DNA of 64,000 nucleotides from positions 3,194,906 to 3,258,905 of the forward strand of contig OZ242355.1 of NCBI GenBank assembly GCA_965208805.1, in the 5' to 3' direction. Position numbers and translations under genes: made by a program. This stretch comes from Acidimicrobiales bacterium (lineage in GTDB: Bacteria > Actinomycetota > Acidimicrobiia > Acidimicrobiales > Bin134). Of this stretch, positions 1 to 9,697 are shown one piece after another. The notes below the pieces were generated by a model. It was not told where the DNA came from. It ran no database searches and was given only the letters and a program-made list of their open reading frames with translations. Position 1 is the first letter of the stretch, and each line of letters starts with the position of its first letter.

Positions 1-492
1 GAATACCTGAAGCGGGATGCCCTGCGAGACCGCCAGCATCGCAGACGGGCTGGACGACAATTGACCAATGAGAGCTCGGCCAGAAGCTACTTGGGCAACT
101 CCGTCGATGCTCGGACCACCAGGATCGATCTTCAGAACGATCCCTTCCTCTTCATACCAACCCATCCTCTTGGCTACAACCTCACCGAGTACGCCATTGT
201 CAGCGAGCCACCCCAGCTGGTAGGTGACATTGGTGAACTCAACCGGCTCCTCAGGTACCGGATCTTCGGGCGCCGGCTCCTCAGCTGCGGGCTCTTCGGG
301 CGCTGGCTCTTCCGCTGCGGGCTCTTCGGGCGCCGGCTCCTCAGTTGCTGGCTCCTGGACCGCGCCCTGAGAAGCGGTGTCGTCATCATCATCTCCGCCG
401 CAACCGGCGGCAAAGACCGCCGTTATGGCCAAGAGTGCCAACATCAATAGCCAGCGCGGCCCCTTGACTTTCTTTACCTCGACCCGTCTCAT
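1..492 (-). CDS. ABC-type substrate-binding lipoprotein (NMT1/SsuA-like), N-terminal part; runs off window start
   Basis: Own minus-strand translation from ATG 492-490: MRRVEVKKVKGPRWLLMLALLAITAVFAAGCGGDDDDD (signal peptide + lipobox), EEPAPEEPAAEEPAPEEPAAEEPAPE acidic linker, then VTYQLGWLADNGVLGEVVAKRMGWYEEEGIVLKIDPGG. Open in frame to base 1 (164 codons). Not in the ORF track (no stop in window). Track ORFs 61..450(+) and 174..413(-) are shadows of it. Confidence 0.6.
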   Translation of the reverse strand, partial: MRRVEVKKVKGPRWLLMLALLAITAVFAAGCGGDDDDDTASQGAVQEPATEEPAPEEPAAEEPAPEEPAAEEPAPEDPVPEEPVEFTNVTYQLGWLADNGVLGEVVAKRMGWYEEEGIVLKIDPGGPSIDGVAQVASGRALIGQLSSSPSAMLAVSQGIPLQVF

Positions 493-608
493 GGCCCCTC
501 CCAAGTTCGATTACTTTGCCGAGCCCACGCCCAACACAGACGACGTTACCCAGTCAACAGATGACTGTCAACTAGGCACTAACCCCCATTAGACCTGCGG
601 TCTTGAGG

Positions 609-2141
609 ATGCATCTACAGTTGGGCGGTATGGCCTCCGGCAATGCAGTCGAACCCGGTACCACCGGCTTCTTCGACGAGGCTGTCGACGAGCACGGGCG
701 AACTCGTGACCACTATCGGCCGGTGCAGGAGTGGTTCGACCGGCTGACGCTGGAGCAGGTGAAGGCGCTGGAGGAGCAGCGCAATGAGTCGTTCCGCCGC
801 CAGGGGATCACCTTCACGGTGTACGGCGGCGACGAGGGCACCGAGCGCACTTGGCCCATGGACCTGTTCCCCCGGGTTATCGACGCCGAGGAGTGGGCCA
901 TGCTGGAGCGGGGGCTGATCCAGCGGGTCACCGCCCTCAACCGGTTCCTCGACGACATCTACGCCGGCGAGCAGGCCATCGTCCACGACGGCATCGTGCC
1001 TCGACGGCTCATCACCTCGTGTACCGGATTCGAGCGGGAGGCGATGAACGTAGCGGTCCCCATGGGGGCTCGCTGTCTCGTGGCCGGCATCGACTTGGTG
1101 CGCGACGGCGACGGCGCCTACCGGGTGCTGGAAGACAACTTGCGCAATCCCAGCGGCATCTCCTATGTGATCGAGAACCGGGCCGCCATGACCAAGCTGC
1201 TGCCCGCCGCCTTCTCCGACCTGGCGGTTCGCTCGGTAGACCACTACGGGCGCTCGCTGCTGCGGGCCCTGCGGTCCATCGCCCCGCCCGCCTGCGGCGA
1301 CGACCCCACCGTGGCGGTGCTCACTCCCGGCATCTTCAACTCGGCCTATTTCGAGCACGCCTTTCTGGCCCGCAGCATGGGCGTGGAGCTGGTGGAGGGG
1401 CGCGACCTGGTGGTAGACGACCATGTGGTGGCCATGCGCACCACCCGGGGCTTCGAGCGGGTGGACGTGATCTACCGCCGCATCGACGATGACTTCCTGG
1501 ATCCAGTGGTGTTCAACCCCAGCTCCACCCTGGGAGTGCCCGGCCTGATGGCCGCCGCTCGGGCCGGCACGGTGTCGATTGCCAACTCGGTGGGCAACGG
1601 GGTGGGCGACGACAAGGCCGTGTACGCCTATGTACCCGACATGATCCGCTACTACCTGGGTGAGGAGACGATCATCCCCAACGCCGATACCTATCTGTTG
1701 TGGGAGGAAGACCAGCGGGCCGAGGTGCTGGAGCGGATCGACCAGCTCGTGGTGAAGCCGGTAGCCGAGTCGGGGGGCTACGGCATCGTGATCGGTCCCA
1801 AGGCCACTGATGCGGAACTGGCCGAGGCCCGCCAGAAAATCCTTGACGACCCTCGCAATTGGATCGCCCAAGAGGTGGTGAACCTGTCCCGCCTGCCAGC
1901 TTGGGCCGGCGATCACTTCGCCCCCCGCCACATCGACCTGCGCCCCTTTGTGTTGAGCGGCGAGCAGGTGGAGGTGATCCCCGGAGGGCTCACCCGAGTG
2001 GCCCTGCGAGAGGGATCGCTCATCGTCAACAGCTCCCAGGGCGGCGGCTCCAAAGACACGTGGGTGCTGGGCAGCCCCGACCACAACGACCCAGGAGTGC
2101 TCAGCAGCCCCGACCAAACCGGAGCAAAGGCTCCAAGCTGA
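609..2141 (+). CDS. circularly permuted type-2 ATP-grasp protein (DUF404/DUF407-like)
   Basis: Track ORF 603..2141. Length and sequence are typical of this family (ITFTVYG, WPMDLFPRVI, VKPVAESGGYGIVIGP, DLRPFVL). First gene of the conserved triad with alpha-E and transglutaminase genes. Start ATG 609 or 630 is uncertain. Confidence 0.85.
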   Translation: MHLQLGGMASGNAVEPGTTGFFDEAVDEHGRTRDHYRPVQEWFDRLTLEQVKALEEQRNESFRRQGITFTVYGGDEGTERTWPMDLFPRVIDAEEWAMLERGLIQRVTALNRFLDDIYAGEQAIVHDGIVPRRLITSCTGFEREAMNVAVPMGARCLVAGIDLVRDGDGAYRVLEDNLRNPSGISYVIENRAAMTKLLPAAFSDLAVRSVDHYGRSLLRALRSIAPPACGDDPTVAVLTPGIFNSAYFEHAFLARSMGVELVEGRDLVVDDHVVAMRTTRGFERVDVIYRRIDDDFLDPVVFNPSSTLGVPGLMAAARAGTVSIANSVGNGVGDDKAVYAYVPDMIRYYLGEETIIPNADTYLLWEEDQRAEVLERIDQLVVKPVAESGGYGIVIGPKATDAELAEARQKILDDPRNWIAQEVVNLSRLPAWAGDHFAPRHIDLRPFVLSGEQVEVIPGGLTRVALREGSLIVNSSQGGGSKDTWVLGSPDHNDPGVLSSPDQTGAKAPS

Positions 2142-3160
2142 TGCTGGCTCGACACGCCGAGGACATGTTCTGGGCCGGCCGCTACCTGGAGCGCGCCGAG
2201 GACACCGCCCGAATGGTGCGTGCCACCCTGCTCAGCACGGTGGCCGAGCCCCCGGCCCAGGCCATCGATCGAATGCAGAACCTGATCAGCACGCTACGAC
2301 TGGAAGTTCCCGCCCCCGCCGAAGACGTGGAAAGCATGGCTGAGAGCCTGACGCCGTCGCCGCCGATGCTGCGGAGCGAGGCTGGATTGGGCATCGATGT
2401 GCAGGCGGCGGCCACCCGATTGGTGGTGGCCCCCACCATGGCCGGGTCGGTGGCGTTTTGCATCGGCCGCACCAGGGAGAACTTCCGATCCCTGAGAGAC
2501 CAGATCCCGTCGGAGCTGTGGGAGCAGATCAACGAATTCCACCTGCGGCTCCGCCAAGACGACTTCCCCGCGGCCATGGAGCAAGACCCATTCCAAACCC
2601 TCGACTTCATCCGGGTGAGCTGCCAGTCGCTCACCGGCGTCATCAGCTCGTCTATGGCCCAGGGCGAGGGCTACCGGTTCTTGGTGCTGGGCCAGATGCT
2701 GGAGCGGGCGCTGATGACCTGCCGGCTGATCAGCGTCCGCTATCCCGAGCACGACGGATCGTCTTACGACGAGATGGCCCTCACCCTCCGGTCGGTGTCT
2801 GCCCTGGAGGCCTACCAGCGGGCCAGCCAGTCGTCCCCTTTGGGCTCTGACGTGGCCCGGTTCCTCATGGTGAACGACTCATTCCCCCGGTCGGTGCTCT
2901 ATTGCCTGCGATTGAGCGAGACCCACGTGGAGGCATTGGCCGCCAACGGCCGGCCCCCGCCCCTCCAACGTCTGGGGCAGCTCCGCTCCGAGCTGGAATA
3001 CACCGACTTCGACACCATGGTGGCCGACCTGCCCAGCCACCTATCCGCCCTGGAAGCAGGGGTGCGCAACGTGGCCGATCTGGTGAGCGGCCACTTCTTC
3101 CGCAACGCCGAGGCCTTCGATCTCCACAGCCAGGCCATCACCCCGGGAGTGTCGTCGTGA
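2141..3160 (+). CDS. alpha-E domain protein (DUF403-like)
   Basis: N-terminus MLARHAEDMFWAGRYLERAEDTARM is the classic alpha-E start. ATG 2141 overlaps the upstream TGA (TGATG). The track ORF 1859..3160 is over-extended 5'. Confidence 0.85.
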   Translation: MLARHAEDMFWAGRYLERAEDTARMVRATLLSTVAEPPAQAIDRMQNLISTLRLEVPAPAEDVESMAESLTPSPPMLRSEAGLGIDVQAAATRLVVAPTMAGSVAFCIGRTRENFRSLRDQIPSELWEQINEFHLRLRQDDFPAAMEQDPFQTLDFIRVSCQSLTGVISSSMAQGEGYRFLVLGQMLERALMTCRLISVRYPEHDGSSYDEMALTLRSVSALEAYQRASQSSPLGSDVARFLMVNDSFPRSVLYCLRLSETHVEALAANGRPPPLQRLGQLRSELEYTDFDTMVADLPSHLSALEAGVRNVADLVSGHFFRNAEAFDLHSQAITPGVSS

Positions 3161-4107
3161 GGCTGGACATCTCCTACCGCACCCGATTCGCGTTCGACGC
3201 TCCAGTGCGGGAGTCCCAGAACGAGATGCGGGCCTGCCCGCTGTCCGATGAGCGCCAGCAGCTTCTGAGCTACCGGGTGACCGTGGAGCCGTCGGCCAGG
3301 ATGCTGTCGTTCACCGACTACTGGGGCACTCGGGTAGACCACTTCGGCGTCACCGACGCCCACACCGCCCTCGAGGTCATCGCCGAGGCTTCGGTGGAAA
3401 CCCAAGAACCGCGGCCGCTGGCCACCGGCCCGCCGCTGGACACGTTGAAAATGCCCGGGTTCCGCGACCGACACGAAGAGTTCCTCAAGCGCAGTCCCCA
3501 CACCGATTGGAACGAAGACCTGACCCGAGCAGCCCGCCAACTTTCCGAAACCAACGGGTCGAATGTGACCAGTGCGGTGATGGAGGTCAGCCGGTTCGTC
3601 GGAGACAAGCTCTCCTACGAGCCCGGTGCCACCGAAATCGGCGAGCCCATTGCCGACATCGCGGCCAAGGGAGTGGGCGTGTGCCAAGACTACGCCCACT
3701 TGGCCGTGGCCCTGTGCCGAAGCGTCGGCATCCCGGCCCGCTACGTGTCCGGCTACCTCTTCTCCAGCGACGAACGCACCGGCAGCATCGACGGCGACCT
3801 CGTCCGAGTGCAGACCCATGCCTGGTTCGAGGCCGCCGTTCCCGGTTTGGGCTGGCTGCCGCTCGATCCCACCAACGGGCTGGCGGTGGGCCGCCAGCAT
3901 GTCAAGATCGGCCACGGCCGCGACTACGACGATGTGCCCCCGCTGCGGGGCGTCTACTCCGGCCCGGGCACCCCCACGGTGGACGCGTCAGTCGAAATCC
4001 GCCGGATGGACCCGAACCGCCCGCCGTCCACCCCCATGCAGCCCGCGCTGTTGGCCGCAGTCAAGGCCCCCCGCACCCGAGAGCAACAACAGCAGCAACA
4101 GCAGTGA
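3157..4107 (+). CDS. transglutaminase-like cysteine peptidase family protein with C-terminal poly-Gln tail
   Basis: GTG 3157 overlaps the alpha-E stop (GTGA). Starts VRLDISYRTRFAFD. Has a Cys-His-Asp core (GVCQDYAHL, THAWFE, DPTN) and ends EQQQQQQQ. Confidence 0.85.
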   Translation: MRLDISYRTRFAFDAPVRESQNEMRACPLSDERQQLLSYRVTVEPSARMLSFTDYWGTRVDHFGVTDAHTALEVIAEASVETQEPRPLATGPPLDTLKMPGFRDRHEEFLKRSPHTDWNEDLTRAARQLSETNGSNVTSAVMEVSRFVGDKLSYEPGATEIGEPIADIAAKGVGVCQDYAHLAVALCRSVGIPARYVSGYLFSSDERTGSIDGDLVRVQTHAWFEAAVPGLGWLPLDPTNGLAVGRQHVKIGHGRDYDDVPPLRGVYSGPGTPTVDASVEIRRMDPNRPPSTPMQPALLAAVKAPRTREQQQQQQQ

Positions 4108-4120
4108 GTGTCTGGCTGCG

Positions 4121-4996
4121 CTAGATGCGGGCCTCGCGCACGTCGAGGCGCCGGAGCATCTCGTCGCCCACGAAGTTCAGCGCCATGAGGGTGACGAACA
4201 TCACCCCGCCGGTTATCAGAGCGATGTGGGGGGCATCTTCCAGCCTTCCCTTTCCGGCCGACAGGATGTTGCCCCAGGTGATGCTGGGCGAGCCCACGCT
4301 CACCCCGATAAACGACAGGCTGCCCTCGGCGATGATCACGATCCCCATAGCCAGAAAGGCGATGGAGGCCAAAGCCGGCACCACGTTGGGCAGCACTTCC
4401 CGGAACAGCAGGCGGGGCCAGCGGGCCCCCATCATGTCGGCCACGGTCACGAACTCCCTCGCCGCGAACCGCAGCGCTTGGGCCCGGGCGATGCGGGCGA
4501 TGGCCGGGATGGTCAATATGGTCACGGCGATGGTGACGTTCAGGTAGCTCTGGCCCAGCATGGTCACGATGAACAGGGCGAACACCAGCGCGGGCAGGGC
4601 CAGAGCCACGTTGACCACGCTGCTGATCCCGAGGTCGATCCACTTCCCGAAGTAGCCGGCCACCACCCCCAGCAAACCCCCAACCACGATCCCGATGCCC
4701 ACCGCCGGTCCGGCGATGGAAAGCGACAGCCGACCGCCCCACACCGAGCGGGCAAACATGTCCCGGCCCAGCTGATCGGTGCCGAACCAGTTTGACCACG
4801 ATGGACCCTCTTCTGGCGGCCCGGACAGCGGCTTGTGGGGGTCGTCCAGAAAGCCCAGCCACGGGGCCAACACCGCACTGACGATTACCAGAGCCAGCCA
4901 CCCCACCGACACCCACAGGGCAACGTTGTGCCGGCGGCGGCGAGGAGCCACGTCGGGCTGGGAACCCGTGATGGCGGTGGTGTGGGCGTCGGTCAT
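4121..4996 (-). CDS. ABC transporter permease (DppC/OppC-like)
   Basis: 291 aa, multi-TM. EAA-like loop SLSFIGVSVGSPSITWG and ARIARAQALRF; overlaps the upstream permease by 4 nt. Confidence 0.85.
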   Translation of the reverse strand: MTDAHTTAITGSQPDVAPRRRRHNVALWVSVGWLALVIVSAVLAPWLGFLDDPHKPLSGPPEEGPSWSNWFGTDQLGRDMFARSVWGGRLSLSIAGPAVGIGIVVGGLLGVVAGYFGKWIDLGISSVVNVALALPALVFALFIVTMLGQSYLNVTIAVTILTIPAIARIARAQALRFAAREFVTVADMMGARWPRLLFREVLPNVVPALASIAFLAMGIVIIAEGSLSFIGVSVGSPSITWGNILSAGKGRLEDAPHIALITGGVMFVTLMALNFVGDEMLRRLDVREARI

Positions 4997-5937
4997 TTTC
5001 GCCGTATCCGAGGATCGAGCACCGAGTAGAGAAGGTCGACCATCGTGGTCACGGTCACAAAGACCGCGGCGATCAACGCCACCAGAGTCTGCACTAGCAG
5101 GAACTCCCGGGCCGCCACCCAGCTCACTAGCAGCGAACCGACCCCGTCGAGGTCGAACAGGAACTCCACCACGATGGCCCCGTTAACCGCTTGGGCGGCC
5201 TGGATACCGAAGATGGTCAACAGCGTGAAGCTCGACGGGCGCAGCACATGGCGGATGAGCACATGGCGCACGGGCAGGCCCTTGGCCCGAGCCGTCCCCA
5301 CAAAATCCTCTTGCAGCGTGCCGATGACGTCAGTACGAAGCAGTCTCAGATAGATGGGCAACAGCCCGGCGGCCAGCGTTATGGAGGGAAGGAACATCAC
5401 CCTGAAGTGGGCACCCAGCCCCTCTGAGATCGGCTGATAGCCGCTCAAGTCGAACCAGTCCAGCCTCACCGCGAACACCAGGATCAGTACCAGCCCCAAT
5501 ACGAACACCGGGGTGGACAGCAGCGCGAACGCTCCTCCACTGGCGACCTTGTCGCCCACACTGTTCTGTTTGTATCCCGTCCACAAACCGAGGGGAATGG
5601 CCAAGCCTAATGCCAGTACCTGGGAATAAGCCAGCAGCAGCAGGGTTCGGGGCAGCGCGGTATTGAGGGCCTCGCCGAACGAGCGCCCGGTGAGGTACGA
5701 CTTGCCGAAGTCGCCGGTGAGCACGTCGCCGCCCCACTTGGCCCACTGCACGATGACCGGTTCGTCCAGATTGCGATCCTGCTCGCATTCGGCGATCTGC
5801 TCTTCGGTGGCCGCGCCGCCAAAGGCAGCAATACATGGATTGCCGGGAAGCAGGTTCAGCATCCAGTAGAACAGCAGCGTTACTGCCAGCACTACCAGGG
5901 CAAGCTGGGCCAGGCGCATCCCGAAGAACCGGAGCAC
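4993..5937 (-). CDS. ABC transporter permease (DppB/OppB-like)
   Basis: 314 aa. Typical family start MLRFFGMRLAQLALVVL, DFVGTARAKGL motif, C-terminal DPRIR. Confidence 0.85.
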   Translation of the reverse strand: MLRFFGMRLAQLALVVLAVTLLFYWMLNLLPGNPCIAAFGGAATEEQIAECEQDRNLDEPVIVQWAKWGGDVLTGDFGKSYLTGRSFGEALNTALPRTLLLLAYSQVLALGLAIPLGLWTGYKQNSVGDKVASGGAFALLSTPVFVLGLVLILVFAVRLDWFDLSGYQPISEGLGAHFRVMFLPSITLAAGLLPIYLRLLRTDVIGTLQEDFVGTARAKGLPVRHVLIRHVLRPSSFTLLTIFGIQAAQAVNGAIVVEFLFDLDGVGSLLVSWVAAREFLLVQTLVALIAAVFVTVTTMVDLLYSVLDPRIRRK

Positions 5938-5990
5938 TGGCCTTCCCCAATCCTTAGCCGGTTAGCGCCCTTCTAGGCCGAGGCCGGTCG

Positions 5991-7805
5991 CTACTGCTCG
6001 ATCCAGGTCTCGGTCAAGAAGACCCTGCCGCTAAAGATTCTCTCGTGGCGAGCTCCGTCGGCAAGGGTGAGATTGTCGACCCCGTGTACGTGGTCGTAGG
6101 TGGCGAATAGCCAGTTGGAGTTGTAGAACCAGATGTAGTGGGCGCTCTCGCCGAAGGCCCGATTGATGTCCTCGGCCAGCTCTCGTTGCCGATCGAGATC
6201 TGTGGTGGTCAGAACCTCATCCAGTGCGGCGTCAATCGCCGGGTTGTTGATGCGGCCGAAGTTCAGTGCGATCCCCAGACCGAATTTGCTGTGCCACCAT
6301 GTCCGCTCCGGAGCCACGCCAAAGCCCTCGTGTTGGCGCCACAGGAATGCCGAGAAGTTGCCGATCACCGCGTTGGTGATCAGCTCGGCCTGGTCCACCT
6401 GGGTGATGTTCACGTCGAGCCCGCAGTCACCCCACATCGAGGCAATCAACTCGGTGCTGAGGAGGTTGGCCGGGTCGTTGGTGGTGCCCAAGTCCACATT
6501 GGTTATGCCCAGGCTGGCAATGGCGGCACTGCCGGCGCCGGGGTCGTAGCCCGGGAACCCGGTGTCCTCCAGATAGCCGGGCGTGCCGGGCGAGAACGGG
6601 CCGTTGTCCGGAACCTGCCCATCCCAGCGAAGGGTGCTGTAGGTCTGGCGGTCGGTGCATTGGGCAATCGCCCGACGGAACTCCACGTTGTCAAACGGGG
6701 CTCGGGAGTTGTTCAACAGCAGGTAGGTGGTCTCGGCGTATCGATCCTCCTGCCAGTAGGTCTTGAACTCCTCGTTGTAGTCGTCGACTCTGAGCCCTTC
6801 GTTCACACTGCTGGCATCGAGGTCGCCGGACCGAAGCGCGGCGTACCGGGCATCGGTATCGGGAATGGGCCGAAACTCTAGAGCATCCAGGTAGGGAAGC
6901 TGGCGGCCCTCGGCGTCGGTGCGCCAGTAGTTGGGGTTCCGCACCATGCGGGTGGCATCGTTGGGAATCCACTCGTCCAGCATGAACGGACCGGTGCCGA
7001 TGGGATTGCGGGCCGCCTCCTCTTGGCCCAAGTCATGCATCGACGGCGCTCCGAAGTAGCCGAGATGGCTGGTCAGGAAGCTGGGGAGGGCGGCATACGG
7101 CCGTCCGAACACCATCCTTATGGACACATCGTCCAAGACCTCGATGTTCTGGATCTCCCAGTCGCCGACGATTATGCCGGTGAGGGTGCCCTTGGCCTGC
7201 TCCTCAAAATGCCGTTTGAGCGCGGCTGCGTCGGCCGGCGACCCGTCGTGGAACATGAGTCCTGGACGCAGGGTCAGCGTCCACTCGGTGAAGTCGTCGT
7301 TGGAGGTGAAGCTCTCCAGCAGGTTGGGGACTATCTGGCCGTCGTCACCCTCAATCGTCAGGGTGTCATACAGCGCACGGAACAGGATGTGGCCCGACAC
7401 CGCGGCCTGGGCATTCACCGGGTTCAGGCCGTTGGTGGTTTCGGCCTCCAACCCCACAATCAGCGTGCCGCCGTACTGGGGCTCCATTGCAGCCTCGGGG
7501 GCTTCGGTGTCATCGGCTTCGGGGGCGGGTGCGGTGTCTTCCGTAGTGCCCGCGTCTTCCTCGCCGCCGTCGTCGGTGCTGGGCGCGGGGGCTTCGTCGC
7601 CATCGTCTCCGCTGGGAGCGGGAGCCTCGTCGCCGTCATCCCCTGAGGGCGCCTCGGGAGCCACGGTGGCCTCCGCGGCCACACCGCCCCCGGCGTCATC
7701 GTCGTCGTTCCCGCCTCCGCAAGCTGTGGCCACCAGCGTCAGTGCGCACAGCAGAGCCAGCCACCGCCACCGCGCTTGCTTCGAAACCCGCCAAAGTTCA
7801 GCCAT
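5991..7805 (-). CDS. ABC transporter substrate-binding lipoprotein, family 5 (peptide/nickel type)
   Basis: 604 aa. Lipobox LVATACGG, acidic repeat linker (APSGDDGDEAPAPSGDDGDEAPAPS), then a family-5 SBP core (YGGTLIVGLEAE, NPNYWRTDAEGRQLPYLD). Confidence 0.85.
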   Translation of the reverse strand: MAELWRVSKQARWRWLALLCALTLVATACGGGNDDDDAGGGVAAEATVAPEAPSGDDGDEAPAPSGDDGDEAPAPSTDDGGEEDAGTTEDTAPAPEADDTEAPEAAMEPQYGGTLIVGLEAETTNGLNPVNAQAAVSGHILFRALYDTLTIEGDDGQIVPNLLESFTSNDDFTEWTLTLRPGLMFHDGSPADAAALKRHFEEQAKGTLTGIIVGDWEIQNIEVLDDVSIRMVFGRPYAALPSFLTSHLGYFGAPSMHDLGQEEAARNPIGTGPFMLDEWIPNDATRMVRNPNYWRTDAEGRQLPYLDALEFRPIPDTDARYAALRSGDLDASSVNEGLRVDDYNEEFKTYWQEDRYAETTYLLLNNSRAPFDNVEFRRAIAQCTDRQTYSTLRWDGQVPDNGPFSPGTPGYLEDTGFPGYDPGAGSAAIASLGITNVDLGTTNDPANLLSTELIASMWGDCGLDVNITQVDQAELITNAVIGNFSAFLWRQHEGFGVAPERTWWHSKFGLGIALNFGRINNPAIDAALDEVLTTTDLDRQRELAEDINRAFGESAHYIWFYNSNWLFATYDHVHGVDNLTLADGARHERIFSGRVFLTETWIEQ

Positions 7806-7876
7806 GACACGATCCCCCCATGTCGAAAGGTCTCACCAAGCTATCGCAGCAGGCGGAGGCGCGCTCACAAACCTCC

Positions 7877-9691
7877 CTACCCTTCGTCTAGCCACGTTTC
7901 GGCCAAAAAGACCCGTCCTAGGAAGATTTTGGGGTGCTCTCCCCCGCCGGGGATCGTGAGGTTGTCGACACCGTTCACGTGGTCGTGAGCGGCAATCAGC
8001 CACCGCGAGTGGTAGAGCCAGATGTTGTAGACACCGTCGGCAAAGGCCCGGTTGACCTCCTCGGCCAGCTCCCGCTGCCGCTCCTCGTCGTCGGTGGTGA
8101 TCACCTCGTCCAGCGCTGCGTCGATGCGGGAGTCGACGACGCGCCCGAAGTTGATCGCCGGCACCGGGGGTGGCGGGCTGTAGCCGCTGTGCCACCAGAA
8201 CCGCTCCATGGCCAGGCTGTATCCGCTGTGGTTGACTGCGATGAACACGTCGAAGTTCCCGAATACCGCCGTGGTCACCGCCTCGGTTTGGAGCATCTGG
8301 TTGATGCCCACATCCAACCCGCACTCACCCCACATCTGGACGAGCAATTCGGCTTGCAGCAGGTCCAATGTGGTGACCGTGGTGATGATGTCAAAGCTGG
8401 GCGCGCCCAGCCGCTCGAACGCGGCCCGACCGGCATCAGGGTCGTATTCGGGGAATCCGGAGTCCTCCAGGTAGCCGGGCGTACCGGGCGAGAACGGGCC
8501 GGTGGCAGGAGGCTGACCGTCCCAGAGAACGGTGTTGAGAGTCTGCCGGTCGGTGCATTGGGCCAGCGCCCGGCGCATCTCCACGTTGTCGAACGGCGGT
8601 CTTGAGGTGTTCATCAATACCCCAGTGGTGGCCGAGTACCGCTCGCCCTGCCAAAAGGCCTTGAAGTCGTCGTTGTACTCCTCGACTCTCCGTCCCCCGT
8701 TGTCGAGGCTGGCATCCACATCGCCGGCCCGCAGGGCGTTGAATCGGGTCTCATCGTCTTCGAACGGGCGGAACTCTATGGCGTCGAGATAGGGAAGCTG
8801 CCGTCCCTCAGCATCGGTGCGCCAGTAGTTCGGATTGCGTACCAGTCGGGTCACTTCGTGCTCAACCCATTCATCCAGCATGAACGGACCGGTGCCGATC
8901 GGGTTGCGGGCGCTGTCGGTGCCGAGGTCGTACATTGACGGCGACCCCAAAAAGCCGCCTGCGCTGGTGAATCCAAGCGGGAAATCAACGAACGTCTTTC
9001 CCAGGGTGACCTTCACGGTCAGGTCGTCGATGGCCTCGAAGCTCTGTATCTCGGCTTCCTCAATGGCCAGCCGTGACAGGGTGGCGTTGCCTAGCTCTTC
9101 CAAGTGTCGGACCAGGGCAGCCGAGTTCACCGGCGAGCCGTCATGGAACGTGATCCCCGGGCGCAGCGTGAACGTCCACTCGGTGTAGTCGTCGTTGGAG
9201 CTGAAGCTCTCCAGCAGGAACGGAATCGCCTCGCCATCGACCCCCTCGATGACCAGGGGATCGTAGAGCTGCCGCAGCACGATGTGTCCTGACGTGGCGG
9301 CCGACGTGGTGATCGGGTTCCATCCCCCCGTGGTTTCCGACTCCAGGGCGAACACCAGTGTGCCGCCATAGATCTCATCGGGCTCTGATGGGGGTGGCTC
9401 CTCGTCCGGCAGCGTCGGGGCCGCTGTGGGCTCAGGAGACACCTCGTCGGCGTCGCGGCTCTCCTGATCTAGGGGCTGCTCGTCTTGGCTGTCGCTGCGC
9501 CCCTCGTCTCGAGCGTCTTCCCCGTCTTGGGACGGTGCCGATGTTGCGGGGGGCGAGACGCCGTCGCCGGTGTCGTCGTCACCACCGCAGGCCGATGCCA
9601 ACAGTGCGACCACGAAAAGAGCGGCTAGCCACCGCCAAGCCGCGCTCCTCATGTCCCAATAGCTTGCGAACACCAAGGAACCTCCCGCCAC
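7877..9691 (-). CDS. ABC transporter substrate-binding lipoprotein, family 5 (paralogue of 5991..7805)
   Basis: Also 604 aa. Lipobox LLASACGG, acidic linker, colinear with its neighbour (IYGGTLVFALESE, NPNYWRTDAEGRQLPYLDAIEFRP identical block). Confidence 0.85.
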   Translation of the reverse strand: MAGGSLVFASYWDMRSAAWRWLAALFVVALLASACGGDDDTGDGVSPPATSAPSQDGEDARDEGRSDSQDEQPLDQESRDADEVSPEPTAAPTLPDEEPPPSEPDEIYGGTLVFALESETTGGWNPITTSAATSGHIVLRQLYDPLVIEGVDGEAIPFLLESFSSNDDYTEWTFTLRPGITFHDGSPVNSAALVRHLEELGNATLSRLAIEEAEIQSFEAIDDLTVKVTLGKTFVDFPLGFTSAGGFLGSPSMYDLGTDSARNPIGTGPFMLDEWVEHEVTRLVRNPNYWRTDAEGRQLPYLDAIEFRPFEDDETRFNALRAGDVDASLDNGGRRVEEYNDDFKAFWQGERYSATTGVLMNTSRPPFDNVEMRRALAQCTDRQTLNTVLWDGQPPATGPFSPGTPGYLEDSGFPEYDPDAGRAAFERLGAPSFDIITTVTTLDLLQAELLVQMWGECGLDVGINQMLQTEAVTTAVFGNFDVFIAVNHSGYSLAMERFWWHSGYSPPPPVPAINFGRVVDSRIDAALDEVITTDDEERQRELAEEVNRAFADGVYNIWLYHSRWLIAAHDHVNGVDNLTIPGGGEHPKIFLGRVFLAETWLDEG

Positions 9692-9697
9692 AAACGG

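Noticed and set aside
615-2117. 500-aa minus-strand ORF antisense to the ATP-grasp gene. Similar long antisense ORFs occur at 2899..3915, 11253..12335, 15374..15877, 32107..33186, 34160..34702, 45291..46433, 62990..63955 and others.
   Set aside because: These are typical high-GC shadow ORFs. Their products are Arg/Gly/Pro/His-rich low-complexity sequences with no motifs, and the opposite strand carries clearly recognisable genes.
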